A DNA stretch of 20,000 nucleotides from an uncultured virus (IMG/VR IMGVR_UViG_3300008117_000004) (taxonomy: Duplodnaviria > Heunggongvirae > Uroviricota > Caudoviricetes), in IMG/VR virus record IMGVR_UViG_3300008117_000004, positions 115,803 through 135,802 of that record. One strand, given 5' to 3'. The position numbers were made by a program, and so were the translations under genes. The stretch's first letter is position 1, and each line of letters begins with the position of its first letter. Below, in pieces: positions 1 through 8,644 of this stretch. The notes under the pieces were generated by a model. The model did not search any database. It saw only the letters and a list, made by a program, of their open reading frames with translations, and had not been told where the DNA came from.

Positions 1-1
1 A

Positions 2-1531
2 TCAGATGAAGGTTTGAATTTACTTATAGAGAATTTAAAAACTATTAGTAGAGAAAATTATTACTTAGTTTTAGCAAGTCACTCACCTTTAGATAAAAAC
101 ATTCAGGAAATGTGTGACTTTTATTTTTATCAACAAAAAAATATTGTTGATGATAGAAAATATTCACACGGTGTTGCAGAAAGTAATTTAATTGAAATTT
201 GTTTAAAACATTTAAAAGATCAATCAATTAATTATACTTATAAGATAACTTATGATGTTGAAATAGTTGATGTTAATGAGTTTAAAAAATGGAATATAGA
301 TGGATATCAATTTGTTTCTTGTAATTGGGGAACTAATATCATTTGTACAAATTCATTCTTTACTAATATAGATTTTTTACTTACAAATATAACATTTTTC
401 CGAAGCATTGAAGAAATGTTTTTAGTAAACACAGTTTTAGAAAACTGTTGGGAGGCTAATTTTAGAAATAATAATGTTTTAGATAAAATATATTCGTTTA
501 GTGATAAATATGAATTTTATGGTCAAAATAAGATAGATCTTTGTTTTTATAACTACAATAAAATAGATTTTTGGTATTCTCCTGAAGAAACAAAATTCTT
601 TATTATGAATAATAGTGAAGATATGAACAATGTTCACTTTAGAATATTTGACTATTATACCGATATCTGTATTTATTTGAATAGAGATTTTGATTTAAAA
701 CAGAATTTAATTTTTTGGTTTATACCACCATTTAGTTTAAATATTAATAAGTCAGTAAATGGGTTTTACTTAGAAATATACTTAGAAAATCAAGTTATTA
801 GAAAAAATATTTTAATAAAAGATTTTGACTTAAAGCATCCACTTTCTAATAAGTTTAAATTAATTAAAGATACTGAAGTTAAGTTCAATGAGTTTTCCGA
901 CTTTAATGATATGAGTATCTATGATTTATTTAGTTTTAACATTGATGAAATTAATAATTATGTTGACATTGGTGCAAATTATGGTATGTCGAGTATATCT
1001 TTTATTGAGAGAGATATAAAAACATATATGATAGAAGCAGACCAATCAAATGTAGATATTCTAAATAGAATGTGGAGTAAGAATTCTAAAATAAGAATTA
1101 TAGATAAGGCAATTTCATCAGTTGATGGTGAAATTGTATTTTATACAAGTCCAGGTATAGGTTCGGTTGTTTCTTCTTTATATCATACTGATGCTAATGG
1201 AAATGATATGGAGAGAAAAGAAGTTAGAGTTCAATCTATAACACCGAATAAACTAATTGAAGAATTTATTGATGAGAGTGAGATAGATTTGATGAAGGTT
1301 GATATTGAAGGTGCTGAGTATGATTTCTTTGAAACTATAACAAATGAAAACCTTAAAAAGATAAAAAGAATTATAATAGAATATCACAATAATGATAATT
1401 ATAGAGCTATGAGTATTTTAGAGAAACTAACATATTGTGGATTTAAATTTAAATTATCAAAATGGAGTCATAATTGTGGTAATTATATAATAGAAAATAA
1501 AATGGGTGTTATTTACGCCGAAAAAATATAA
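2..1531 (+). CDS. FkbM-family SAM-dependent methyltransferase, multidomain; probably 5'-truncated by the window edge
   Basis: C-terminal domain has FkbM hallmarks YVDIGANYG, LMKVDIEGAE and IIIEYH. The frame is open upstream of the TTG at 14 (tca gat gaa ggt ttg), so the true start likely lies before the window. The N-terminal ~290 aa are unassigned. Confidence 0.85.
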   Translation, partial: SDEGLNLLIENLKTISRENYYLVLASHSPLDKNIQEMCDFYFYQQKNIVDDRKYSHGVAESNLIEICLKHLKDQSINYTYKITYDVEIVDVNEFKKWNIDGYQFVSCNWGTNIICTNSFFTNIDFLLTNITFFRSIEEMFLVNTVLENCWEANFRNNNVLDKIYSFSDKYEFYGQNKIDLCFYNYNKIDFWYSPEETKFFIMNNSEDMNNVHFRIFDYYTDICIYLNRDFDLKQNLIFWFIPPFSLNINKSVNGFYLEIYLENQVIRKNILIKDFDLKHPLSNKFKLIKDTEVKFNEFSDFNDMSIYDLFSFNIDEINNYVDIGANYGMSSISFIERDIKTYMIEADQSNVDILNRMWSKNSKIRIIDKAISSVDGEIVFYTSPGIGSVVSSLYHTDANGNDMERKEVRVQSITPNKLIEEFIDESEIDLMKVDIEGAEYDFFETITNENLKKIKRIIIEYHNNDNYRAMSILEKLTYCGFKFKLSKWSHNCGNYIIENKMGVIYAEKI

Positions 1532-1538
1532 TATATTT

Positions 1539-3857
1539 ATGAGTTTTGATGTTAAAATAAATGGTGATTTTTTAGAAATAAAAAATAACACTGATAAATT
1601 TTTTGAAAATTGTTTAATTAATTTGAAAAATATATTTTTCGATGATTTAATTTTTGAAAAAACTAATATCATACCAAACAAAGAAGATGTTGATAATAAA
1701 AAATCATTTTTTATTATGAATAAAGATTTCAGATCAACTTGGGGTGATAAAGAGTATTTCTTAAAAATTTATTCAAATGATAGATTAATTTATGATCAAG
1801 TTATAAATGATAGATCAAAATGTTTTGTTTTGGTTTCTAATAAAAAGTATGAAGACTTAACTATAAAATTAATTAATCAATTAGTTAAATTAACTAATAT
1901 AGATATACTTCATTATACAATTGGTTATGAAACCATGTATAATAATAATCGAATAAAAAATATTAAAATTGATATTAGTAGAGATCTTAACAATCCGCAT
2001 TATATACAATTTACAAAACCGACAGCATTTTTAGATGCTATTTCTAGAGGATATAAGGACTATGTATTTTTAGATTCTGATATTCAAGTAAGAGATAATA
2101 TATCTGAAATTTTTGAATATGCTAAATACATAACGGATGGTCCAATTTTACAAAGAGGATGTTGGGATTATACTTTTGTTAATGGTGCCTATACACCTGG
2201 CGATTTAACAAGAAAATTATTGGGAGTTGATAAACAAACATCACCATATTGTTTAACAAATGTTGTTATTTTTAATCAAACACATAAATCAATATTTGAA
2301 GAATGGAAGTCTGTTTGTGATTTAGAAGAAGTTGAGACTATTTGTGAGAAAGAGTTTTTACATGATGAAATATTATTCAATTGCATTCTATGGAAGAATA
2401 ATATAATACCTAAAATGTTTTGGTTCTTTATAAATGTTTCTAATTCAAATGATGTTAAATTCTTTTTAGAATATAAATATGATGGGTATGAGTTACCAGT
2501 TGATATGAATAAACACGGTAAAGGATATCCATTTCAATCTAGATTTCCATATGATAAAAATAATATCTTCGGGTTTCATTGTGTGAAGGATTTAAATGAA
2601 GTTGATAAAATTCATAATTTAATTAGTAATAGTAATTCAAATTTTGAGGAAAAACTTTTAAATTTCTATGATAATATAGAAAAATCTGATATCAATATCA
2701 ATCCAAAATATGAGGATGTTAGTATTTTAAATCATTATATTGGAGGTGCTTATATTGAAGTTAAGTCAAAATTGAATAAACAATTTAAAGTTGAATTCTG
2801 GAATTCAAAGGGGTTTTGTGAATATTCAACAACCATTGGTAGTAATATGTGGACAAAAACAAATAAGAAGTATTTTGAAGAGTACACATGTAAAGTCTGG
2901 GATGGTGAAGAATTAATCTATGATAAAAAGTATGATGCTACGGGTAAGAGAGTTTTTATAACATTAGAATCGAGATCAATTGGCGATACATTGGCTTGGT
3001 TTCCATATGTTGATGAATTTAGAAAAAAATGGAATTGTGAGGTTATATGTTCAACTTTCTGGAATCACCTATTTAAGGAAACTTATCCAGAAATTGAATT
3101 TGTTGAACCGGGATCAGTGGTGAATCACATCTATGCTATGTATAATATTGGTTGGTTTTATAATGAGGATAATACTGTACAGTTTGATAAAAATCCAACA
3201 GATTTTAAAGAAATTCCACTTGGAAAAACATCAGCTGATATACTAGGTTTGGATTTTGAATATGTCAGAGCTAAAATTAACTTACCAAAAGTAGAAAAAA
3301 AGAAAAGAGTTGGTATAGCAATTCACTCAACTGCACAAACTAAATACTGGAATAATCCAACTGGATGGCAGGAAGTTGTTTATTTTTTGAAGGCTAGTGG
3401 ATATGAAGTTATGATTCTTTCTAAAGAAGGTGATAATTATATGGGTAATAAACATCCAGAAGGATGTGTGAAATTACCAGAGGGATCAATGGAGAAACTA
3501 ATGGAAACAATGTTATCTTGTGAGTTTTTTATAGGAGTTGGTTCTGGTTTGAGTTGGGTATCTTGGACAATAGGAGTCCCAACATTCTTGATATCAGGAT
3601 TTAGTAAACCAATCTCTGAATTTGAAGGTGAGAATGTATTTAGAATTTTCAATGATTCAGTTTGTAATGGTTGTTACAATAGATATAGATTAGATGCTGG
3701 TGATTGGAATTGGTGTCCGGATCATAAAGGTACTGAAAGACAGTTTGAATGTACTAAGTCAATTACTGGTAAAATGGTTATTGACACAATAATGAATTCT
3801 GGTTTAATAAGAGTGCCAAACTTGGATGAAGATGTTTTACCACAATTTAATTTTTAA
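1539..3857 (+). CDS. Fusion: N-terminal GT-A-like (DxD) glycosyltransferase + C-terminal autotransporter strand-loop-strand O-heptosyltransferase (Aah/TibC-like, GT-B fold)
   Basis: N-part: FTKP...YVFLDSDIQV (DSD at 2073-2081), HDEILFN, FHCVK. C-part: SIGDTLAWFPYVDEFRKK, STAQTKYWNNPTGWQEVV, FFIGVGSGLSW, CNGC-x13-C-x11-C (3663-3752) then TKSIT. Start moved to ATG 1539, just after the upstream stop. Confidence 0.88.
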   Translation: MSFDVKINGDFLEIKNNTDKFFENCLINLKNIFFDDLIFEKTNIIPNKEDVDNKKSFFIMNKDFRSTWGDKEYFLKIYSNDRLIYDQVINDRSKCFVLVSNKKYEDLTIKLINQLVKLTNIDILHYTIGYETMYNNNRIKNIKIDISRDLNNPHYIQFTKPTAFLDAISRGYKDYVFLDSDIQVRDNISEIFEYAKYITDGPILQRGCWDYTFVNGAYTPGDLTRKLLGVDKQTSPYCLTNVVIFNQTHKSIFEEWKSVCDLEEVETICEKEFLHDEILFNCILWKNNIIPKMFWFFINVSNSNDVKFFLEYKYDGYELPVDMNKHGKGYPFQSRFPYDKNNIFGFHCVKDLNEVDKIHNLISNSNSNFEEKLLNFYDNIEKSDININPKYEDVSILNHYIGGAYIEVKSKLNKQFKVEFWNSKGFCEYSTTIGSNMWTKTNKKYFEEYTCKVWDGEELIYDKKYDATGKRVFITLESRSIGDTLAWFPYVDEFRKKWNCEVICSTFWNHLFKETYPEIEFVEPGSVVNHIYAMYNIGWFYNEDNTVQFDKNPTDFKEIPLGKTSADILGLDFEYVRAKINLPKVEKKKRVGIAIHSTAQTKYWNNPTGWQEVVYFLKASGYEVMILSKEGDNYMGNKHPEGCVKLPEGSMEKLMETMLSCEFFIGVGSGLSWVSWTIGVPTFLISGFSKPISEFEGENVFRIFNDSVCNGCYNRYRLDAGDWNWCPDHKGTERQFECTKSITGKMVIDTIMNSGLIRVPNLDEDVLPQFNF

Positions 3858-3860
3858 ATA

Positions 3861-3887
3861 AAAAAGAGACCTTTATGGTCTCTTTTT
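3861..3887. terminator. Bidirectional intrinsic terminator
   Basis: Perfect hairpin AAAAAGAGACC-tttat-GGTCTCTTTTT between convergent genes, with A/T tracts on both sides; overlaps the last codons of the minus-strand gene. Confidence 0.85.
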
Positions 3888-4559
3888 GTTTACTTTTACT
3901 TTTACACCAGTTTCTTTTTTAATTGGTCGTATTTTTTTATTTTCATTTAGATTAACTGTTACCTTTTTAGATACTTTAACAATAAATTCATCTTTCCAAG
4001 GTGTGAATAAGTTACCATCAGCATTTACTTCTAGTTTTATATTACCTCTTTGTCCTTCATTAAAAAGGCTTAATTTCTTAATAGGAATGATACATTTACC
4101 GTTTTTAACCTCACCTTTAAACATAAGATTCCAATCAGCTGATTCAATTACTAATCTAACTTCTGTATCTTTTTGACTTACACCTTCAATTGCTATATCA
4201 CAAATAAATTCTTCAGATTTATCTTTGTATAACACATATGAATCTTCATCATTATAACTTTCGTTATTTTCTTCCAAATCTTCCTCTTCTGAAGAATTAT
4301 CAAATGAATAATCATCTTGTTCTTGTTCTTCCTCACTATTGTAGTTATTATAAGGATTTAAGCTTTGATCAATTTCATCTTCATCATCGGCGGCGTCGTT
4401 GATATTTGTAAATATTTCTTTATCTTCATCAACCTCATCATCTTCATATCTATCTGAAAACAAACCTTCTTTTAATAGATTTGACTTCATCTTTTTAAGA
4501 TCTTCCATTTTATTACCACCTAGAAAATCTTCAAATCTAAAAACATCATTATCTTCCAT
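3873..4559 (-). CDS. Hypothetical protein: acidic low-complexity N-half plus beta-rich C-terminal domain and basic tail
   Basis: 228-aa ORF with ATG 4 nt downstream of a TAATATATA motif; D/E-rich tract, then alternating hydrophobic strands (YVLYKDK...TPWKDEFIV). Confidence 0.8.
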   Translation of the reverse strand: MEDNDVFRFEDFLGGNKMEDLKKMKSNLLKEGLFSDRYEDDEVDEDKEIFTNINDAADDEDEIDQSLNPYNNYNSEEEQEQDDYSFDNSSEEEDLEENNESYNDEDSYVLYKDKSEEFICDIAIEGVSQKDTEVRLVIESADWNLMFKGEVKNGKCIIPIKKLSLFNEGQRGNIKLEVNADGNLFTPWKDEFIVKVSKKVTVNLNENKKIRPIKKETGVKVKVNKKRP

Positions 4560-4563
4560 AATT

Positions 4564-4572
4564 TATATATTA
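4564..4572 (-). promoter_or_regulatory. TAATATATA putative phage (late) promoter
   Basis: Exact motif on the minus strand, overlapping the upstream TAA stop, 4 nt before ATG 4559. Confidence 0.55.
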
Positions 4573-4980
4573 TTTTTGAAAATCAACTTTTATATTAATT
4601 GAATCGTTTAAAAAACGATCAAACTCGTTTATTGTTACTTTTATATCTTCTCTCGGATTTTTTATTTTTTCATATTCAATACCTCTAACTCTACAATATA
4701 ATTTTATTATTTTATCGGTATTTTCTCTACCTAAATCCTTATTTAGTTGCCTCCATGGATTATTTTTTTCATATTCTCCTTTATGTGGATATCCACTTCC
4801 ACCACCACTCACTCGGCGTGATACCACTTCTAATAAAATAAAAACTTCATCCCAAGTTAATTCAACATTTTCCCATTTTAAATTTACCTCTTCCCATTTT
4901 AAATACTTTTTACCAACTGAATATTCCAAATCACTCCAGTTTACATCTTGGTTTAATAAAGGTGAGTAAATTAAAGGCAT
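4570..4980 (-). CDS. Hypothetical protein with Trp-periodic N-terminal repeat
   Basis: 136-aa ORF; W-x6-W-x6-W (KWEEVNLKWENVELTWDEV), GGGSG linker; TAATATATA upstream. Confidence 0.75.
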   Translation of the reverse strand: MPLIYSPLLNQDVNWSDLEYSVGKKYLKWEEVNLKWENVELTWDEVFILLEVVSRRVSGGGSGYPHKGEYEKNNPWRQLNKDLGRENTDKIIKLYCRVRGIEYEKIKNPREDIKVTINEFDRFLNDSINIKVDFQK

Positions 4981-4998
4981 ATAAAATTTTATTTCTGT

Positions 4999-5007
4999 TA
5001 TATATTA
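4999..5007 (-). promoter_or_regulatory. TAATATATA putative phage (late) promoter
   Basis: Exact motif on the minus strand 18 nt upstream of ATG 4980; half of a divergent pair. Confidence 0.55.
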
Positions 5008-5035
5008 AATAATTCATGTTTGGACACATGTTACT

Positions 5036-5044
5036 TAATATATA
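5036..5044 (+). promoter_or_regulatory. TAATATATA putative phage (late) promoter
   Basis: Exact motif 5 nt before ATG 5050; half of a divergent pair. Confidence 0.55.
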
Positions 5045-5049
5045 CTACT

Positions 5050-8000
5050 ATGAGTTATGATTTTACTGGTGCAACCGTCTCCGGAACATATGGTAGATTG
5101 GTTCAAGTAGTACATGGTACACCGGATTTATATTATGATGGTTTTGGAAATCTTTTAGATTTAGGAAGTGGTACATCTTCTGTTGGTCCACAAGGTCCGA
5201 CAGGACCACAAGGAACATCTATGTTATTCCAAGGAGAATGGGATTCGATGATGATGTATTTCTACTATGATTTTGTTACATATAATGGAAATGCTTACTT
5301 ATGTATTTCTGATTTAACTGGTTCAGCTCCTTGGTCATCACCTGATATAGATACATCTCATTGGCAACAAATGTTAATTGGTTTATCAGGAACTTCCGGA
5401 ACATCAGGGATAAATGGAACATCAGGTACAAATGGAACTTCAGGTACAAATGGAACTTCAGGGACTTCTGGATCTAATGGCACTTCAGGAACATCAGGTA
5501 CAAGTGTTTCTACTAATTATGCTTATATAACATCAACCTACTCGGTATCCAATACAGATCACTATATTGAGGCTAATGGAACTTTTGATATTACTTTACC
5601 GACAGCAATAGGTTTTTCAGGGAAAGGATTCATTATAAAAAATACCGGAACTGGTATAATAACAATAAAAACAACTTCTTCTCAGCTAATTGATAATCTA
5701 TCGTCATATAATTTAGCATTCTATGATACTCTTACTGTTGAAAGTAATGGATTAAATTGGTTAGTTAATCACCCACAAACTAAACAATTTATCCGAGTTT
5801 ATAATAATACTGGTTCAATTATACCTAAGGGATCTGCTCTTAAAATACAGTCATCATATAGTGGTATTCCCAGTGTCTCTTTGTCAATTGCTAATGGTGT
5901 TGGAAATCAACAAGTAATTGGTCTGGCTTATATTGATATTCCAATTGCGTCTGAGGGTATTGCCATATCATCTGGTATCTTATCGGGACTTGATTTATCA
6001 GCTTATTCGATTGGTGATATTCTTTATTTATCTGATACAACACCAGGTAGTTTTATAAACTCATCAAGTACATTAGATTTTTCATCAAGAACTAACCAAA
6101 TTGGTTATATTACAAATAATAGTTCAACAATTGGAACTCTACAAGTTGAAATTAATAATGAGGATATCAATTTATCTCTTACTGATATACAGAGAAATAT
6201 ATTAGAAGGTAATGTCATATCAACAGGTGTTTATAATTATTCGGGACTTGTTAAAACTAGTAGTACAACATTTACAGTGGGTAGTGCTTCTGGTTGGATT
6301 ATAACTAATACAGGTACATATTCTATTAAACCAACAGTTTTACAAATTACTTATGGTGGAACTACAAGTATAACAACACCTTACTTAAACACATTTGATA
6401 GTACTTATGTTTTATTAACAGCTAGTTCTTCATTACATTTACAAGGTACATTTCCAACAGCACAAGAAAGAAGACAAAATATCTTCTTAGGTAAAGTTGT
6501 ACACCCTGATAGACAAACCATTTTAAATGTAAATAATACTGTTGATTATGATGTATCACCAATGTCCGCATTGAGAGATTTATGGTCACCAATCAAATTA
6601 ATAAATCAAGGAATTATACCATCCGCTCATAGTACAACTTTAGAGTTTAATACATCAACTGGTATTCTTTGGGGTAATGGTATAAATTGGACTAATAATG
6701 AATTAAATCCAAATAGTATTAATATTAGTGGTCAATCTCCGGTAACTTTTCAATATAGAACTCAAATAGGTGGTACATTTTCTAATACAACATTTATAGA
6801 TCCTACTCATTATGATAATGGTGGTGTTATTAGTGTAGTAGGTGGTGGTAATGGTTCGTCAACAAATCAAAGAATATATTTATTCCCAACTGGATTGGTA
6901 AGAGTTCAATATGGTCAAACAGTATATGGATCTTTATCTGAAGCGATTTCAGCAGCACAAGAAGAATTATATGTTGAGTATCCAAATAATAGAGATAATG
7001 GTATTCTTATAGGTATTTTATCTGTTAATAAAAATGCTTCAAACTTATCAGATCCCACACAGGCAAGATTTAATTTTGTTTCTAAGTTTGGTGAGATCTT
7101 AGGTGGATCTGGTGGTATATCAACAACTACATTACAACAAGCTTATGATAACTCATCTACACCAGAAATAGTAACTAACTCTACTTTAGGAGCTGTTACA
7201 ATCAAAAGAGGAAGTTCATTAGAAACCGATAATGTATTTGAAGTTCAAAGTGGTGTTGATGGTGTTACATTTAGTGTAACTGGTCAAGGTAGAACAAATA
7301 CACATAACTTAACGATAACAGGAATTGGATCAACATCAAGTTTAACTAAATATATGGTTGTTGATGATAGTGGAAATACATATTATCAAACAACTAATCC
7401 AGGTGGTGGTAGTGGTACTTCAGGAACTTCGGGGGTGGGTACTTCAGGAACATCCGGTACATCAGGTTTGAATGGAACAAGTGGTGTAAATGGTGTTGGT
7501 GGTGCACTAGGTTATTATGGTAACTTTCTTGATCTTACGACTCAGCCATTTATTACTCCTGGTGTTGCTCAAATAGTGGGTATTAACACTAATTCAGGAT
7601 CAGTTGGATTTTCCTTATCAGGTACAGGTAGTGTGGTGATTGAAAATCCAGGAACATACACTATGATATATTCTATCCAACTACAAAATACAGATGCTGA
7701 TATCCACTATGCTGATATATGGTTAAAATATAATGGATTAGATTATCCAGATAGCACAACTAGATTTTATATACCGGCTAGAAAAAATTCAAATGAGTAT
7801 GGTTATACAGTAGCAACTGTAAATTATGTTGGAACTTCAATAAACCCAAATGATACTGTCGAATTGTGGTGGCATTCTGATAGTAGTTTAGTATCAATTC
7901 AATATTTACCATCAAGTATATCACCTATAATTCCTGCTATACCTAGTGTGATTTCTACATTTACTCAGGTTATGTACACACAGATAGGACCAACTGGATC

Positions 8001-8601
8001 TAATGGAACATCTGGTACGAGTGGGAGTCAAGGCACTTCTGGAACTTCTGGAATAAATGGAAATGATGGAACATCTGGTACTTCCGGAATTTCTGGATTA
8101 AATGGAAATGATGGAACATCTGGTACAAGTGGGAGTCAAGGTACTTCCGGAACTTCTGGTGTTAATGGTGTTGATGGTACTTCCGGAATTTCTGGATTAA
8201 ATGGAAATGATGGAACATCTGGTACGAGTGGAAATCAAGGAACATCCGGAACAAGCGGTTCATCAGGAACTTCTGGTTCATCAGGTACATCCGGATCATT
8301 CGGAACTTCTGGTTCATCAGGTACATCCGGATCATTCGGAACTTCTGGTTCATCAGGTACATCCGGATCATCAGGAACTTCTGGTTTATTACTATTGAGT
8401 GGTTCAACTGACAATGGACTAATAACTTTAAATGGAACTATACCAAATGGCACGGTTGAAAATAATCTAACATTTGATGGTACAAATTTAAATGTAACTG
8501 GTAATACTGAAATAAGCGGAACATTTAGTAGTAATTCAAATTCAATTTTAACTCAAAATTTAATACAAGCTGGACTATTATATCTATCAAATAATTTATA
8601 A
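5050..8601 (+). CDS. Modular virion fibre-like protein 1 with Gly-X-Y (GTS/GSS/GxN) tracts
   Basis: ATG 5050 preferred over TTG 5020 because of the motif upstream. Contains GPQGPTGPQG, a CBM5/12-like module (GEW...FVTYNGNAYLC...W), a tail-fibre-type ITLP...IIKN...ID...SNGLNW module, a C1q/BclA-CTD-like domain (PGTYTMIYSIQL...ADIWLKYNG), three GTS tracts, and a C-terminus shared with the next gene. Confidence 0.8.
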   Translation: MSYDFTGATVSGTYGRLVQVVHGTPDLYYDGFGNLLDLGSGTSSVGPQGPTGPQGTSMLFQGEWDSMMMYFYYDFVTYNGNAYLCISDLTGSAPWSSPDIDTSHWQQMLIGLSGTSGTSGINGTSGTNGTSGTNGTSGTSGSNGTSGTSGTSVSTNYAYITSTYSVSNTDHYIEANGTFDITLPTAIGFSGKGFIIKNTGTGIITIKTTSSQLIDNLSSYNLAFYDTLTVESNGLNWLVNHPQTKQFIRVYNNTGSIIPKGSALKIQSSYSGIPSVSLSIANGVGNQQVIGLAYIDIPIASEGIAISSGILSGLDLSAYSIGDILYLSDTTPGSFINSSSTLDFSSRTNQIGYITNNSSTIGTLQVEINNEDINLSLTDIQRNILEGNVISTGVYNYSGLVKTSSTTFTVGSASGWIITNTGTYSIKPTVLQITYGGTTSITTPYLNTFDSTYVLLTASSSLHLQGTFPTAQERRQNIFLGKVVHPDRQTILNVNNTVDYDVSPMSALRDLWSPIKLINQGIIPSAHSTTLEFNTSTGILWGNGINWTNNELNPNSINISGQSPVTFQYRTQIGGTFSNTTFIDPTHYDNGGVISVVGGGNGSSTNQRIYLFPTGLVRVQYGQTVYGSLSEAISAAQEELYVEYPNNRDNGILIGILSVNKNASNLSDPTQARFNFVSKFGEILGGSGGISTTTLQQAYDNSSTPEIVTNSTLGAVTIKRGSSLETDNVFEVQSGVDGVTFSVTGQGRTNTHNLTITGIGSTSSLTKYMVVDDSGNTYYQTTNPGGGSGTSGTSGVGTSGTSGTSGLNGTSGVNGVGGALGYYGNFLDLTTQPFITPGVAQIVGINTNSGSVGFSLSGTGSVVIENPGTYTMIYSIQLQNTDADIHYADIWLKYNGLDYPDSTTRFYIPARKNSNEYGYTVATVNYVGTSINPNDTVELWWHSDSSLVSIQYLPSSISPIIPAIPSVISTFTQVMYTQIGPTGSNGTSGTSGSQGTSGTSGINGNDGTSGTSGISGLNGNDGTSGTSGSQGTSGTSGVNGVDGTSGISGLNGNDGTSGTSGNQGTSGTSGSSGTSGSSGTSGSFGTSGSSGTSGSFGTSGSSGTSGSSGTSGLLLLSGSTDNGLITLNGTIPNGTVENNLTFDGTNLNVTGNTEISGTFSSNSNSILTQNLIQAGLLYLSNNL
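7987..8386 (+). repeat. Coding Gly-X-Y triplet repeat (9-bp period) including a near-perfect 36-bp tandem array at 8266-8386
   Basis: Unit GGAACTTCTGGTTCATCAGGTACATCCGGATCATTC at 8266 and 8302, a third copy at 8338 ending TCA, and a partial copy at 8374. Confidence 0.9.
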
Positions 8602-8616
8602 GAATAATATAAAAAT

Positions 8617-8625
8617 TAATATATA
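8617..8625 (+). promoter_or_regulatory. TAATATATA putative phage (late) promoter
   Basis: Exact motif in the intergenic gap, 19 nt before TTG 8645. Confidence 0.55.
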
Positions 8626-8644
8626 AGAAAAATATATTATAGTT

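Noticed and set aside
45..4602. Short ORFs 45-227, 1457-1681, 3437-3652, 3886-4176, 4399-4602
   Set aside because: Antisense to longer, motif-bearing or promoter-supported genes, with no independent evidence.
8266..8386. 36-bp repeats as a CRISPR array (also 11132-11311)
   Set aside because: Units are contiguous with no unique spacers and lie in frame within Gly-X-Y coding tracts.
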